Shown here: one piece after another, positions 12,721-24,860 of the stretch
Layout of the letters: every line of letters starts with the position of its first letter
How positions within the stretch are numbered: position 1 is the stretch's first letter
The notes under the pieces: generated by a model
The model's database searches: none
The model's input: only the letters and a program-made list of their open reading frames with translations
Told to the model about the DNA's origin: nothing
NCBI GenBank assembly: GCA_976551045.1
Contig: CDPCPM010000016.1
Coordinates: 1,302,001 to 1,366,000 of the forward strand
DNA from: Glaucostegus cemiculus
Taxonomy: Eukaryota
DNA length: 64,000 bases
Reading direction: 5' to 3'
Program-made: the position numbers and the translations under genes

Positions 12721-13959
12721 TTGGTTGTGACAAATGATTGTTACTTTCTGGTTGCTACCACTTTAGTGAGAGTATCATGTGACTAACTGCCCTCTGGGTT
12801 GCAACGATATTTTGTAGAAGATTCCACGGTTAGTCTCTTGACAAAACACACACACCTTGCACTCCACATCACATGTGTCCATTAGTGGGATTCATTAGAA
12901 GTTGAGAACATACACTTCAAGGAGACCATTGGGTTGCTTATCAGAGAAAGAAGAGTTGAATACGATTTACAAGTCACAGAATCACACATATAGTAATTGT
13001 AACCCTTGTGATGCAAACCAACATTATCAAATCATTTTACTTAAGATCACTACCTTGCAGTCTGACAATGACAAGAGCAAAGTAGTGAGTCATTTGTTTT
13101 ATTTAGCCATTGAAGTCACATTTTTACTCTCAGGCACCTGCTGAGTCTGCTAGTAATAATGGAAGAGTCACTTAAACTCAAATAGACACTTTATTCTAAT
13201 ATTCTTCATTCAGTTTGCAAGTTCCATGTTCACCACCAGATGTACCTCTGCCAATTTATTATCAATGAATACAGAAGAAAAAGTAATTTTGAAAATTCAA
13301 CAATTCACTATTAATTTGCTCCGTTGGAATGTGGATGTCACAGGAATACTTTGGCAAATCTGTCAGAATACAATTTGACATTGCTGTATGATATGCCAGG
13401 ATACAACTTCTGGGGTTTAATCAATTTCATTGGATGTGGGATTAAACAAGATCTATGAAAAGCTTGTGAGGATCTTTGTCATTTTAGTTGTCATGCTTCT
13501 GCTTTTAGAATTGTTGATTTTATACCCAAATACTTGGAATATTCTTTATACCAAAAACATGTGTTATTTTTAGCTTGTGTTTTGCATTTTTATAAAGAAC
13601 AATAGCAAATTTAAATTGGATAAGTTTTGTGGGAAAATGGTTTAAAAATATAGATATCCTGCAGATCAACGTGGACTTCTGAAATCTGTTTTGTGAACTA
13701 TCCTGCCAAATATCAATTCAGATCCAAAATATTATTTCAGATAAGGTAACCTGCCAAGTGGAGATATTTAACTTTTGTTGTATTTTCACAAATTGTTACT
13801 TAGAACATAGTCAAAAGAACATGAAATACTGTTCCTGGAGAGTTTCCCTCTGATCTCAATTGATTTCCCTGATGCTCCTGGCAACCTTGACCAAGTTTGG
13901 CATTCCACTAGGTGTTTAGTTTTGGAGATTCTAAAGAAGGATTTTATTTATTTTTGGCA

Positions 13960-15400
13960 CAAGACTCTGCAGATACTGAAATCTGGAGCAAAAAAAACCC
14001 AATCTGCCAGAAGGACTCAGTGCAGCATCTGTGGCAGTAAAGAAATTGTCAATTGTTTTGGGTCGAGGTACTGCATCAGGACTGAGAATAGAGAGGGAAG
14101 GTAGCGGTATAAAGAGGAGAGGGGAGGGGTGAGACAGGGGTTGGTAGGTGATAGGTGGACTGAAGAGGGGTGAAGGGTGATGGGCTGAAGGAGCCAGGTG
14201 GGAGAGGGAGAGGGATGGGTTTGGGAGTCAGAGAATGGCGGATGATCTGTGAAGACATAAAGGCTACGAGTGCTGAAATCTGTTTGCAATGGCCAACCTG
14301 ACCTCCTGGTTGCTTGCCATTTCTATTCCCCTTCCCATTCCCACACTTACCTGTCCATCCTCAGCAGTCTTCACAACCAGGGTGAGACCCAACAAAAACT
14401 AGAAGAGCAATGCCCCATATTCCACCTTGGTGGTCTCCAACCCAATGGTATGAACATTGAATTTTCCACTTTCTGGTAACATGCAACCCCAGTGTTCCCC
14501 TGCCTCTTCTTCTGATCCACCTCCAGTCCTCCAATTTTTGTTCCCTTTCCCATAACCTCACCACCCTCACAAGCCTCCTCTTACCCATTTTCATCCCCCT
14601 CCCCTTTCTGGTTCCATCTAACTACTACCTACACACTTCACTCATTATATTCCCTCCCACATCTGGTTCCATCTGCCCTTCATCTCTCCCTTAATGGTTC
14701 CTTTTGGTATTGGTATTGGTATTGGTTTATTATTGTCATTTGTATCGAGGTACAGTGAAAAACTTGTCTTGCATACTGTTCATACAGGCCAATTCATTTC
14801 ACAGTGCAGTTACAATGAGTTAGTACAGAGTGCATTGAGGTAGTACAGGTAAGCAATAACAGTACAGAGTAAAGTGTCACAGCTACAGAGAAACTGCAGT
14901 GCAATAAGGTGCAAGGTCACAAGGTAGATTGTGAGGTCAGAGTTAATTTCATTATATAAGGGAACCATTCAATAGTCTTATCACAGTGGGGTAGAAGCTG
15001 TCCTTAAGCCTGGTGGTACATACCTTCATTACTTCTCAGATTATTGGACATAGCCTCTGTGACCCAGTTTATGACCCTCCAACCTCTGTTTCCACCTTCA
15101 CCCTCCCCTTCACCTCCCTGGCTCAATCTGCCTTTTTTTCCCTGTGTCTGCTTCCACCTCTCACCCTCCTGCCTCTGTCTCCCAACACCACCCCTCCCCC
15201 TCACCCACCCATCTCCTTCTGCCCATCGTCCCTCACCCCTCCTCAGTTGACCTATCACCTACTAGCTCCTGTCTCACCCCTTCCGCCTCTCCTCTTTATA
15301 TCGGCTATCTTCTCTCTCCACTCTCAGTCCTAATGCAGGGTCTCAACCCAAAACATTGATAATTCCTTTCCTCCCACAGATGCTACTTGACCCACTGAGC
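13960..15400 (+). mobile_element. Penelope-like element with inverted terminal pLTR copies, interrupted by Rex1
   Basis: 13960-14280 is a minus-oriented pLTR. 14285-14700 is the plus-strand EN end (PDLLVACHFYSPSHSH..LEEQCPIFHLGGLQPNGMNIEFS) and a pyrimidine tract, resuming 15040-15400 with a plus pLTR. Confidence 0.8.
14703..15030 (-). mobile_element. Rex1/Babar LINE 3' end
   Basis: (TTGGTA)n tail, then TTTATTATTGTCA..GAGGTACAGTGAAAA, matching the 3' UTR of the long Rex1 copy at 43.0-44.7 kb. Confidence 0.85.
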
Positions 15401-15971
15401 AGACTTTAAAAAATTATTTGATGTTAAATGGCTTTCTTTCCTACAATTGGTCTCAGTGTGTAATTATTGTGATTTTTTAATCAAATTTTAAGTGTCTTCT
15501 GTGCAAACAGGAATCTGTATAGTAATGAGAACCTAGAGGTTTCTGCTGAAGAGAAATCCGTTACAACTCGCATGCACATCGGACCAAATGTGTAATTAAA
15601 ACCACACACATTGCTGAATGTGATTGAACCAGTGTGCTGCATATTATGATACAAGGAGCTTCACTAATCACGTTTTGTGAAACCGTATTATCTGCCTAAT
15701 TGAGAAGAAAGAAAAAATATATCATACAAACAGTCTTCTGCCTTCTCTGTCCTACAGTAGTCTGGTAGATGTGGTTGAATTTAATTGGCAATCACCTCCT
15801 GTAATCTTGTGTGGGTGAGTCCATATGTGTATGACTCACAACTAACACATCAACATGAGCAACCAGATTCAAATTTGTACTCGGGTGTCAAAGGCTGATT
15901 GCATGCCTTAGAATAGAAAAAGTGTATCATATTCTCAATGGTCTCAAAGTGTGCAGTCATTCTAAGAACTC

Positions 15972-15977
15972 TGTGTG

Positions 15978-16009
<32 letters not shown>

Positions 16010-16012
16010 TGT
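15972..16012. repeat. Compound microsatellite (TG)n(TGCG)n
   Basis: Directly visible. Confidence 0.95.
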
Positions 16013-17789
16013 AGAAAGTATAAATATGAGCGTACCTCTATGAACGGTACATACCTTGTGGTATGACTTTTAATACATTGTTGTAGCAGTCACTGCTGTT
16101 TGATGAGTATTGACCATCTTCAAACAGTGATGTTTTGTTGGTAACTCTGCCCTTGTTACTTGCCTTGGTGAACAGCTGATATTGATGGTTATCAGTAATT
16201 TCCGAAGACAAATGGTTTGCAGGTTATTGCACTGGAATTTGCTAGCTAATGCCAGAGTTCAGAATGTAACTGCTGCCATTTCCCTGTTTAAGCAGTAGTT
16301 TGTCTGGAATGTTCATATAGACACTGTCAGATACATAAATCCTGGACTGATTGACAGACAAAGAAGTTTGAATCCATAAGTTTTAATACATGGAGTCTGA
16401 CAGCAGAGTCCGTCATTACAGTGTGGGTAATTGCTTCTTGGATCCTACTTGCGGTTAAAGCCCTTTTCCTTACCATTGTACTTGCTTAAAACCTGCTTAG
16501 AATCTGTCACTTCATTAACTTTTAGCCATTCTGATGAAAGCCCATCAACCTGAAATGTTAGCTTTGCTTTGCTCTCTGCAGATGACAGCCAGATCCATTA
16601 ATCATTTCCAGTAGTTTCTGCTTCAGATTTTCAGCAGCTGGAATATTTTGCTCTTTTGTTTTTAATTTTGTTGCTGAGCAGTCTGACATAACAGCTGGAC
16701 GGACCCCCATGGCTTCCATTCCTACAGACATTGTTGCTTCTTGCTCTTTACTATCTCTCCTACTGACCCTTTTGCCAATGGCTTAACTGCTTTCCTTGTC
16801 TTTTGAGATTATCATCACCCTTTGGGATATTTTTTGTGCCGTGGAGTGGAGCAATGTGAATGCAGTTCAGAGTCAACTTCAGAGCACAGCTCAGTCCATC
16901 ACTATTTGTGATTTCTTTAAAGAAAATTGCATTGAAATTCATTCCTGGTCGCTTGCTAAGTGGCGGGATCAGCATATTATACTCTGACTGAAATTCATTT
17001 CGTATGTGTGTGTTTAGCACCACCTAGTCTATTTCCTCCACCATTTTATAAATGACTCAACCTGACATTGAACAGAATGGTTTTTTTTTTGCTTTCTAAT
17101 GTCTCTTCAGCTGTAAATTGAGAAATATTACCGATGTCTTCTGCAATATTCTGAAGGAGCCAGAGGCAAAGAAGCTCACAATCATCTTAACAATTTCAGG
17201 CAATGCTGCCCTGGCCCTGCTGCAATTGTGTCTGCAACATCTGGCAGATCCAAGTCACCCCTGCTTATTGAAGCAGAGTTTTCCCAAACATTACTCTTCA
17301 CTGACAGATACACAGTGAAACTGCCTTGTGAATAAAATTTGTGGATAGGGCTTTCTGATGGTACCTGCTCTCCCTCCTCCCTCTTCTGGGGGCTGTTGCC
17401 CTTGTTTGTGGCCCTCTATCATATTGATGGATTAGAGGGAATGGCCATCAATGCAGGATCACATGGGTTAAGTTGGTGAGTAATTGCAAGATGCAGTCCT
17501 CATCCGTAACATCCTCTGGAGACTTTAGAAACTTTTAGCTGTCTTGCAAATGGCAAACAAGCCTTTAGGGATCCCTTTAAATTTCACAGGTAGGTAAACT
17601 GCTTGAGCCAACTGCTGGAGCACTTTGTAAAATCAGGTATTGACAAGGTCAACCAAATCTCCACACACCCAGTGTGCCAAAGTGGCGGACATACTATCAC
17701 CCCAATGAATCTGCCAGATACACAGTGACAGAAAAGCCAATCTGGTAAATGTTTTAATTCATTTGTGTTTTTTTAACTGGCGATATAAA

Positions 17790-17915
17790 GATGTGATGTA
17801 GTATATGTGTGCTCTGAATATGGTAAATGGGATAGTGTAGATGGTGACCTGATGGTCAGCATGGACCTGGTGGGCCAAAGAGCCTGTTTCTCTGCTGTAT
17901 AACTATAACTCTACT
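17790..17915 (+). mobile_element. CR1-type 3' tail fragment
   Basis: GCATGGACCTGGTGGGCCAAAGAGCCTGTTTCTCTGCTGTATAACT. Confidence 0.65.
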
Positions 17916-18809
17916 TGTTCGGATTAAAAACTGTGAACCCAAAAAGCTGGGATTTTCCAGCATGCCCGAGTGGAAAATACCGCTGGTTTAATTTTTTGGT
18001 TATCAAGATTGATTTTGTATTGAACTCAGAATTTAGCCATTCATTTCAATGACAAGAGTTCTAAGCACAGGGATTCATTTTTGAAACAGGATCTTGCTAT
18101 ATTGCTGTTCACATTTTATGCACTCCGTATTTTTTATTTCCAACAGACAACCTGTCAGAATGTATGAGTCAGCCTGGGTAGAGTTGTTCATAAAAGTGAA
18201 GCAGCTCAAGCAGGCCTCCAACGTAATTGGTTCCATGAGTGGAATTAGCTGAATTGGGTGCACATGCCAATTCCCACAAGGAAACCATCCAATAGAACCA
18301 CAGCTGTCACTCAGAAACACTGAAACAGCTGCAAGGGTTGAGAGAGCTGCCTTTTTACGGCCCAGGAGCAATTTTCATCTCCCTCACAATTGTTGCAAAT
18401 TTCAAAAGAACATTCTTTGTCCGCTGCTCAGCTCAGGCCCACTGAATTCTGTTCTCAAGTGGGCCTTAATCATGGCTAGTGATCCCGCCTGAAGCTTTAT
18501 TTCAGTATGTAAGTTGGGTACTATACAGGCTTTAAGACTCTAAGGCTATTTTTATGAGTACTAGTACCGCATTCAGTGCTACCCCACAGAGTGTTGTTTG
18601 TTGTAGTACCCTTGGTCCTGGAGTCCAACCACTCGTAGGTAAATACCCACCTAAATTTTCTACTTGTGCTTTGTGTGATCCCTTGTCCTCCTAACTCATG
18701 GGTACTGGGAACTTGGTTCGAATCCCTGCCCTTCCTGTTGCTGTGCGCTGCTAAGCTGAGAACCAGGAGTAAAACCCTAAACTCCCACCCTCCCCTGGTC
18801 CTCGGATCA

Positions 18810-19474
18810 CCAGTCCTGGGCCCAGCATATAAATGTAATCACAAAGATGCATGTGTGCCTCTACTTTCTTTGAAGCTCAAGGAGATTTGGCATCCACCAA
18901 ACACTAACTTCTACAGATGCTTTGTTGAAAGTATGCTGACTGGGTGCATCATGGCCTAGTATGGCAATTCCAATGCACAGGATTGCAAGAGGCCGCAGAG
19001 AGTAGTAGATACAGCCTGGTCCATCATGGGCACAGCCCTTTTCACTACTGACAGCATCTATAGGTGAGGCCCTGTCTCAGGATGGTGGCATCCATTATCC
19101 CCACCATCTGGGTCATGTTCTCTTCTTGCTGCTACCATTGAGCAGGACGTACAGAAGCCTGAAGTCCCACACCACCAACTACTTTCCTACAACTATCAGG
19201 TTCTTGAACTGACCTGCATGACCCTAATCCTACCTCATCAATGGAACACTGTGGGCCACCTCTTGAACTACTATGGACTGGTCTCTGTGGGATTATTTTT
19301 GCACTATTGTTCTGCAAGGTCATTTTTCTTCTCTGTCTTTTGTAACATGAATAATTCATGGATAATTTATGTTCTGTGTGTTGTCTGAATCCATGGGCCT
19401 GTGATGCTGCTGCAGGCAAGTTTTTCATTGTACATGAACCTCACCGTACTTGTGTACATGAGAATAAACTCGAG
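18810..19474 (+). mobile_element. Rex1/Babar LINE 3' portion
   Basis: NFYRCFVESMLTGCIMA motif and 3' UTR ending AATAAAC; its (TTGAC)n tail is displaced to ~19957-19969 by a later insertion. Confidence 0.85.
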
Positions 19475-19944
19475 AAACAAAGGACTACAGATGCTGGAAT
19501 CTAGATGTAAAACACTATGATGCTGGAGGAACTCAGCAGGCCAGGCAGCAACCCTGGAGAAAAGCAGGCGGTAAATGTTTAGGGTCAGGACCCTTCTTCA
19601 GGACTGAAGATAGGAAAAGGGAAGCCAATCATCTTCCTGTGCCCACCACAGCTCCCTCTCTTGTCCACCTATCACTGGTCTATTTTTCCTGGGGAGGCGG
19701 GGTGGGCACAGGGAGATGATAAATAGATGTAGCTAAGAGATAGTGATAGGCAGGTGTGGGGGAGGAGGAGCAGATCCTCTGGGGGTTGGGTAAAAGGTAA
19801 GAAGAGAAGGGAAAAAAGGGGCTAGAAAAGGGGAGAAGAGAAGAAGCATGGTGGGGGAGTGGGGTTTGTGGGGAAGGAGGGGTGGGGATTACCTAAAGTG
19901 GGAGAATTCAATATTGATGCCGTTAGGCTGCAAGGTTCCAAGAC
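19475..19944 (-). mobile_element. PLE-derived element with 12-bp target-site duplication
   Basis: Flanked by AATAAACTCGAG at 19463-19474 and 19945-19956; carries the degenerate hammerhead CAGTC-CTGAAGA-AGGGTC-CT-GACCC-TAAA on the minus strand. Confidence 0.8.
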
Positions 19945-22114
19945 AATAAACTCGAGTTGACTTGACTTGCTACCAGTGAATGCCCATGGCTCGATGTGGA
20001 GAACCTGCCAATAAAGGCTGGTGTTGGGCAGGCTGGGGCGAGCAATGTGACCACTCAGTGCTGAGGTGTGGGACACAGCTCTGGATCCTGGCTGGCATGG
20101 TGAGTGTGGGCAGAACTGGGGATTGGCAGCTCCTGCTCCCTGTGTGGACAGACTGCCCAGATCCTGTGGTCTCTTTCAGCAGTTGGATGTTATAGAAGTT
20201 GCTGTTTCCCCTCATCACTTTGGCTAAAATCTCCAGGCTGGGGAGAGCAGTCTATCAAGGCAAAGAAAGGGGGAGGCAGCAGCTTCCATCACATCCAACA
20301 GTAGGTGAAGAGGGAGATGTGCAGTCTGTCAACACATGGAGCAGGTGCTGCCGGTGCCCAGCAATGACCCACACTCATTGTTTTGGCCAGGTTACAGTGC
20401 TGAGCCCCACATCTTCGCCTCACCGCTCAGTGTGGCCCACAGAACACCAGCCCTCACAAGCAGTCTCTCCAACAAGCTTTGGGCAACTAGTGGAAGGGTA
20501 GGGTTAGTGCCAGCTTCCCCAGCAAGCCAGCTTTCTGGAACAGCAGCACTGTTGGTAACATATTTCTCTCTCTATTCTATTATATAGTGACAACTTTTAA
20601 CACTGATTTCATGAGTGGTCTCGTTCCTGGAACACATCCCTAGTGCTAAGCAAGGTACCAGTGTACCCACATCTGAAACACACACATGACACCAGATGTT
20701 GAGCAGCCTGACCAAAAACCTTGGAAGAAAACAATGGCACGCCACGCAAAAACAGTTCAGCTTATAACCTAAAGTGATTTATAGGAGGAAAATGACCCAT
20801 TCAAAAATCAGTCCTCATAACACCTCTTCCCTTCCCACTCACCACCTTTCATCCACCTGCATGGAATGGGCACCAGGCGGGAACCATTCAAGTGTTGCCC
20901 CTTTCCTATTGGTGATCTGTTTGACCTCAGTGAACTCCTCTGACCAATGCCATCAACTCCTCCATGGGCAGTCACAAGGTGTAAGAATGTCACAGATTCT
21001 GTTGAAGACACCACAAGCTCCTATTGATGCTACAATGGGAAAGAAAGGATCTACCGTCTAACATTTTTCAGAAATAACACTGCAGGCTCCTACTTTACAT
21101 CTGCAAATAAAAACAGAAAGTACAGGTCAGGCAGCATCAATGGAGAGAGAAACTGGTCAGTGTTATGTTTGTTCTTCATCCAAGAAACAGATCCTGCAGA
21201 ACTGCAGAACTAGCTGCTATGCCCACACATAGGTACATAGGCTTCATAAAATCTTCAATTAATCCCCACGACCACAAAGCAGCTGAAATTCAGTGGAAGT
21301 CTTGGCAGCAGACATACATCTCCAGATTTTCATCTGAAGCCCTCGGAGCAATGTGGGTGCAATATATTTCCTTTGCAGAGAGCAGCAGGTATTGGGGGAA
21401 TCTAACACTGCAGGATCTCAAGAGTCCAGGGTGAGAGATTAGGAGACTGAAGGGAAGGTTTCTTTTTAAATCAAATTTGTTTACAATATTATTTTCAATT
21501 AATTGTGTTTGTAGTTAAGTATTTATTTTTTTTAAATAATAATTTACTTTAATTTTAATATCTCATAAATGTTTGAGTGTCTGAAACATTTAAAAACTAT
21601 TGGAAATCCCTTTTAGCTTTATACCGAGCAATTCCAGAGTGGTAGGGGCAGGAAGGTTGGGGGTGTCAAATAGTTTCCAAACTATTTATGGATGATCAGT
21701 AAAACATAATATAACTATTTATTCCCTGCAGCTCCAAATGAGCAAGAAGATCCAAAAGGTGGTCCTCGGTTTTTGTCTCACTCAATGCACAGTTGTCCGG
21801 CCCTTTGAGCAATTTCTAAAGCTGACTGTAGGTTCTTTTACACAGATTAAGATGACAAGTAACAAGTTTGGAGTTTCTAATGAATCACCTGATGCAAAGG
21901 GCAATCACCTGTCAACTAATAGCAGTGGCTAATACAACTTTGTATCAAATGTCGTAACATATTGCACACAGAGTTCTTAAAAGTATATCCACATTAAAAA
22001 TATACTGCAGTGACTCCTACCAATTGCTATGAGATTTTGCAAGGTAATGAAAATATCTTTTTCACTCTTGGATTTGATAACTTTTTGGCCATGCTCATTA
22101 CCCAAGGGTGAATA

Positions 22115-22505
22115 TTCTGTCTACACTTCTCATTGCCTCAGTAAAGCAGCCAACATAATCAAAGACCCCAGCTACCCTGGACTGAAAGCATGTACCACCA
22201 GGGTCAAGGGCAGTTATTATCCTGCTGTTATAAAACTATTTGAACTGCCCTCTAGTAAGATACGATGGACTCTTGACCGCACAATCTACATCATTATGGC
22301 CTTGCACCTTACTGTCAGCCTGCACTGCACTTTCTCTGTGGCTGTTACACTTTATTCTGTGTTCTGTTATTGTTTTCTCTTGTACTGCCTCCATGTACTG
22401 TTGTAATAAAGTGATCTCTATGGATGGCATTCAAACCAAGTTTTTCACTGTACCACAGTACACGTGACAATAATAAATCAAACTAGCAATTTACAAATTT
22501 ACCAA
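22115..22505 (+). mobile_element. Rex1/Babar 3' fragment
   Basis: YTSHCLSKAANIIKDPSYPG..TTRVKGSYYPAVIK and 3' UTR ending GTGACAATAATAAA. Confidence 0.85.
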
Positions 22506-22539
22506 CATTTTAATGTTTCAAAGATCTTTCATCAGTACA

Positions 22540-22970
22540 GATCATTTGACCTCATGCAAGATTATTGACTTGAAATGTTATCTCCATGTCTCCCTCTCTA
22601 TCGATGCTGCCTGATCTGTTGAGCATTTCCAGTATTTTCTGTGTTTATTTCAGATTTCCAGTGCCTTCAGTATTTTCCCCTTCATCTCAATGCTTTGTTG
22701 TTTCTTTACCTGTCCTGTTACCATTCCCTTTGCCTCAGATGATCATCATTTCTTTTAGCTCCTCTTTGATGCTACCCCCCCAACCTTCCTCTGTCTGCCT
22801 CTGTACTTGCTTCAAACCCACTACATTACTAACTTCTATTGACTCTGATGAAAGGCCATCAACCTGAAATGTTAGCTTTGCTTTCCTCTCTGCAGATGAC
22901 AGCCAGATCCATTGATCATTTCCAGCAGTTTATGTTTTAGTTTTTCAGCAGCTGGAATATTTTGCTCTAT
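22540..22970 (+). mobile_element. Tandem PLE pLTR units with minimal hammerhead motif
   Basis: Two successive ..TGAAATGTTA..GATG(CTGCC/ACAGCC)..CATTTCCAG units about 300 nt apart; CTGATGA 22845-22851 followed by AGG/CCT stem and GAAA. Confidence 0.7.
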
Positions 22971-23973
22971 TACTCTAAATTTTATTGCTGAACAACCTGA
23001 ACTTACACCTGGAGGTACTCCTGTGCCTGTCATTCCTAGAGTCATTGTTGCTTTTCCCTCTTTACCATCTCTGCTAGTGACCTTGTTGCCAACGGATCAA
23101 CTGCTTTCTTTGCCCTTTGGATTTGTTTCATGCTGTGGAGGGGAGCAATGTGAATGCAGTTCAGAGTCAACTTCAGAGCTCAGCTTAATCCCTTGCCATT
23201 TATGATTTCTTTAAAGAAAATTGCCTTGAAATTCATTCCTGGTTGGCCACTAAGTGGTGGGATCAACATATTATACTCTGACTCTGAAATTCATCCCATG
23301 TATAACACGTTTAGTGCCAACTAAGGAGTTTAATTTCTGGGCAAATGTCTGTTTCTTCCAGTTGCATACATATGACTCAACCTAACACCAAGCAGGAAGA
23401 ATATCTGTATATATCTCTTTACAGGCTTAGTTGACAAGAGCAGTAATAAAAATGAAGAGTTAGGTAAAATATGGGATTGGTTCCAGAAATAAAGATGGAA
23501 AAATGCAGGACAGATCAGGCAGGACTTGAGTGTGAAGAGTTGAAAATCAATTCATCAGAACAATTATGTTTTATCAGGCCAATTACCTCCCCTCACTTCT
23601 GACCCGAAACATTAACCCTCATTCTCACTCCACAGCTGTTGCCTGACCTATTGATTTTACCCAGCACTTTCTGTTTCTGTTTCAGATATCTGGCATTAGC
23701 AGTATTAAATGTTCCAGAACTAGACTGAAAATAATGATAGGGATGAGAAGATAAAAGACTGTAATCTCCTGGTAGATTGTGATGGTAATAGTGAATGGAA
23801 GGAGAATGTCAAGGACCCTATGTCCAGGGACATTGCTGTCGTCACATAAGGAAAGAACTTAATTTCTCCACTCTGCCTAATTCACCAATGTTGCCAGAGT
23901 GGTGTCTGAGCATTGGGGGTTGTGGGAAAGAGGGAGGGGGAAGGTGCGGACTAACTTCCACAACCGTCCCTTT

Positions 23974-24263
23974 AGATAATATATCCTTATTGGTCACATG
24001 CACATGGAAACACAGTGAAATGCATCTTTTGCATAGAGTGTTCTGGGGGCAGCCCACAAGTGTAGCCATGCTCCCGGCACCTACATAGCACTGCCAACAA
24101 CTTACTAACCCGTACGTCTTTGGAACATGGGAGGAAACCAGAGCACCCAGAGGAAACCCACGCAGACACGGGGAGAACGTACAAACTCCTTACAGACAGC
24201 AGCCGGAATTGAACCTGGGTCACTGGCGTGTAAAGCATTATGCTAACCGCTACACTACCGTCC
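23974..24263 (-). mobile_element. tRNA-derived SINE (same family as 4972-5260)
   Basis: Minus strand GGACGGTAGTGTAGCGGTTAGC..GGTTCAATTCCGG (A and B boxes). Confidence 0.9.
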
Positions 24264-24694
24264 TGGTTTTAATTTTTGCTGGCTACTTTGAACTGCTACT
24301 TTCCACAGCTGAATTGAAGCCCCACATCTAGTAATGAGCCCAGCCACAGCAAAGTTAACTGGCCACGTAATCACGTTAATCAGATTGCAGCAATAATTTT
24401 GTGTGCTGTGAATCAATGTGGCTGGAGTTAATCACACATCACATTTCCAGAGGCCATTTTCCAGCACTGTTCAATGTAGCCTCTACTGTTTTTCCATGCC
24501 TCTTACAATTTACATTGTGTGGTGTATTCCTTGCTTCCTTCCTTCCCTGGTCCAGCTGCTCCCTTCACTCTGATCCTGTCATCTGAAGTGTAAAAGACAT
24601 CTTCACTTAACATGTCTGGCAAAGATTGACTTAATTGAAAAGAAAGCATGAATGTTGACCTCTGGCATTTGCAGGGGCACTCTCCTGATCCTGA

Positions 24695-24860
24695 CAAAGT
24701 CAAAGTCGAGTTTATTGTCATATGCACAAGTACATGTATGCACAGGTGCGATAAAAACTTAATTGCATCACAGGAACGTAGCATCAGATAAGCAGCAGTC
24801 ACAAGAAAATCAAACATTAACTATACACAAGTTTTACAAAAAAGGACAAATTTAGAATAA
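24695..24860 (-). mobile_element. Rex1-type 3' tail fragment
   Basis: (CAAAGT)n followed by GAGTTTATTGTCATATGCACAAG. Confidence 0.7.

Noticed and set aside
16796-16987. Coding exon within the duplicated segment
   Set aside because: The reading frame is interrupted by a stop in the second copy (~23185).
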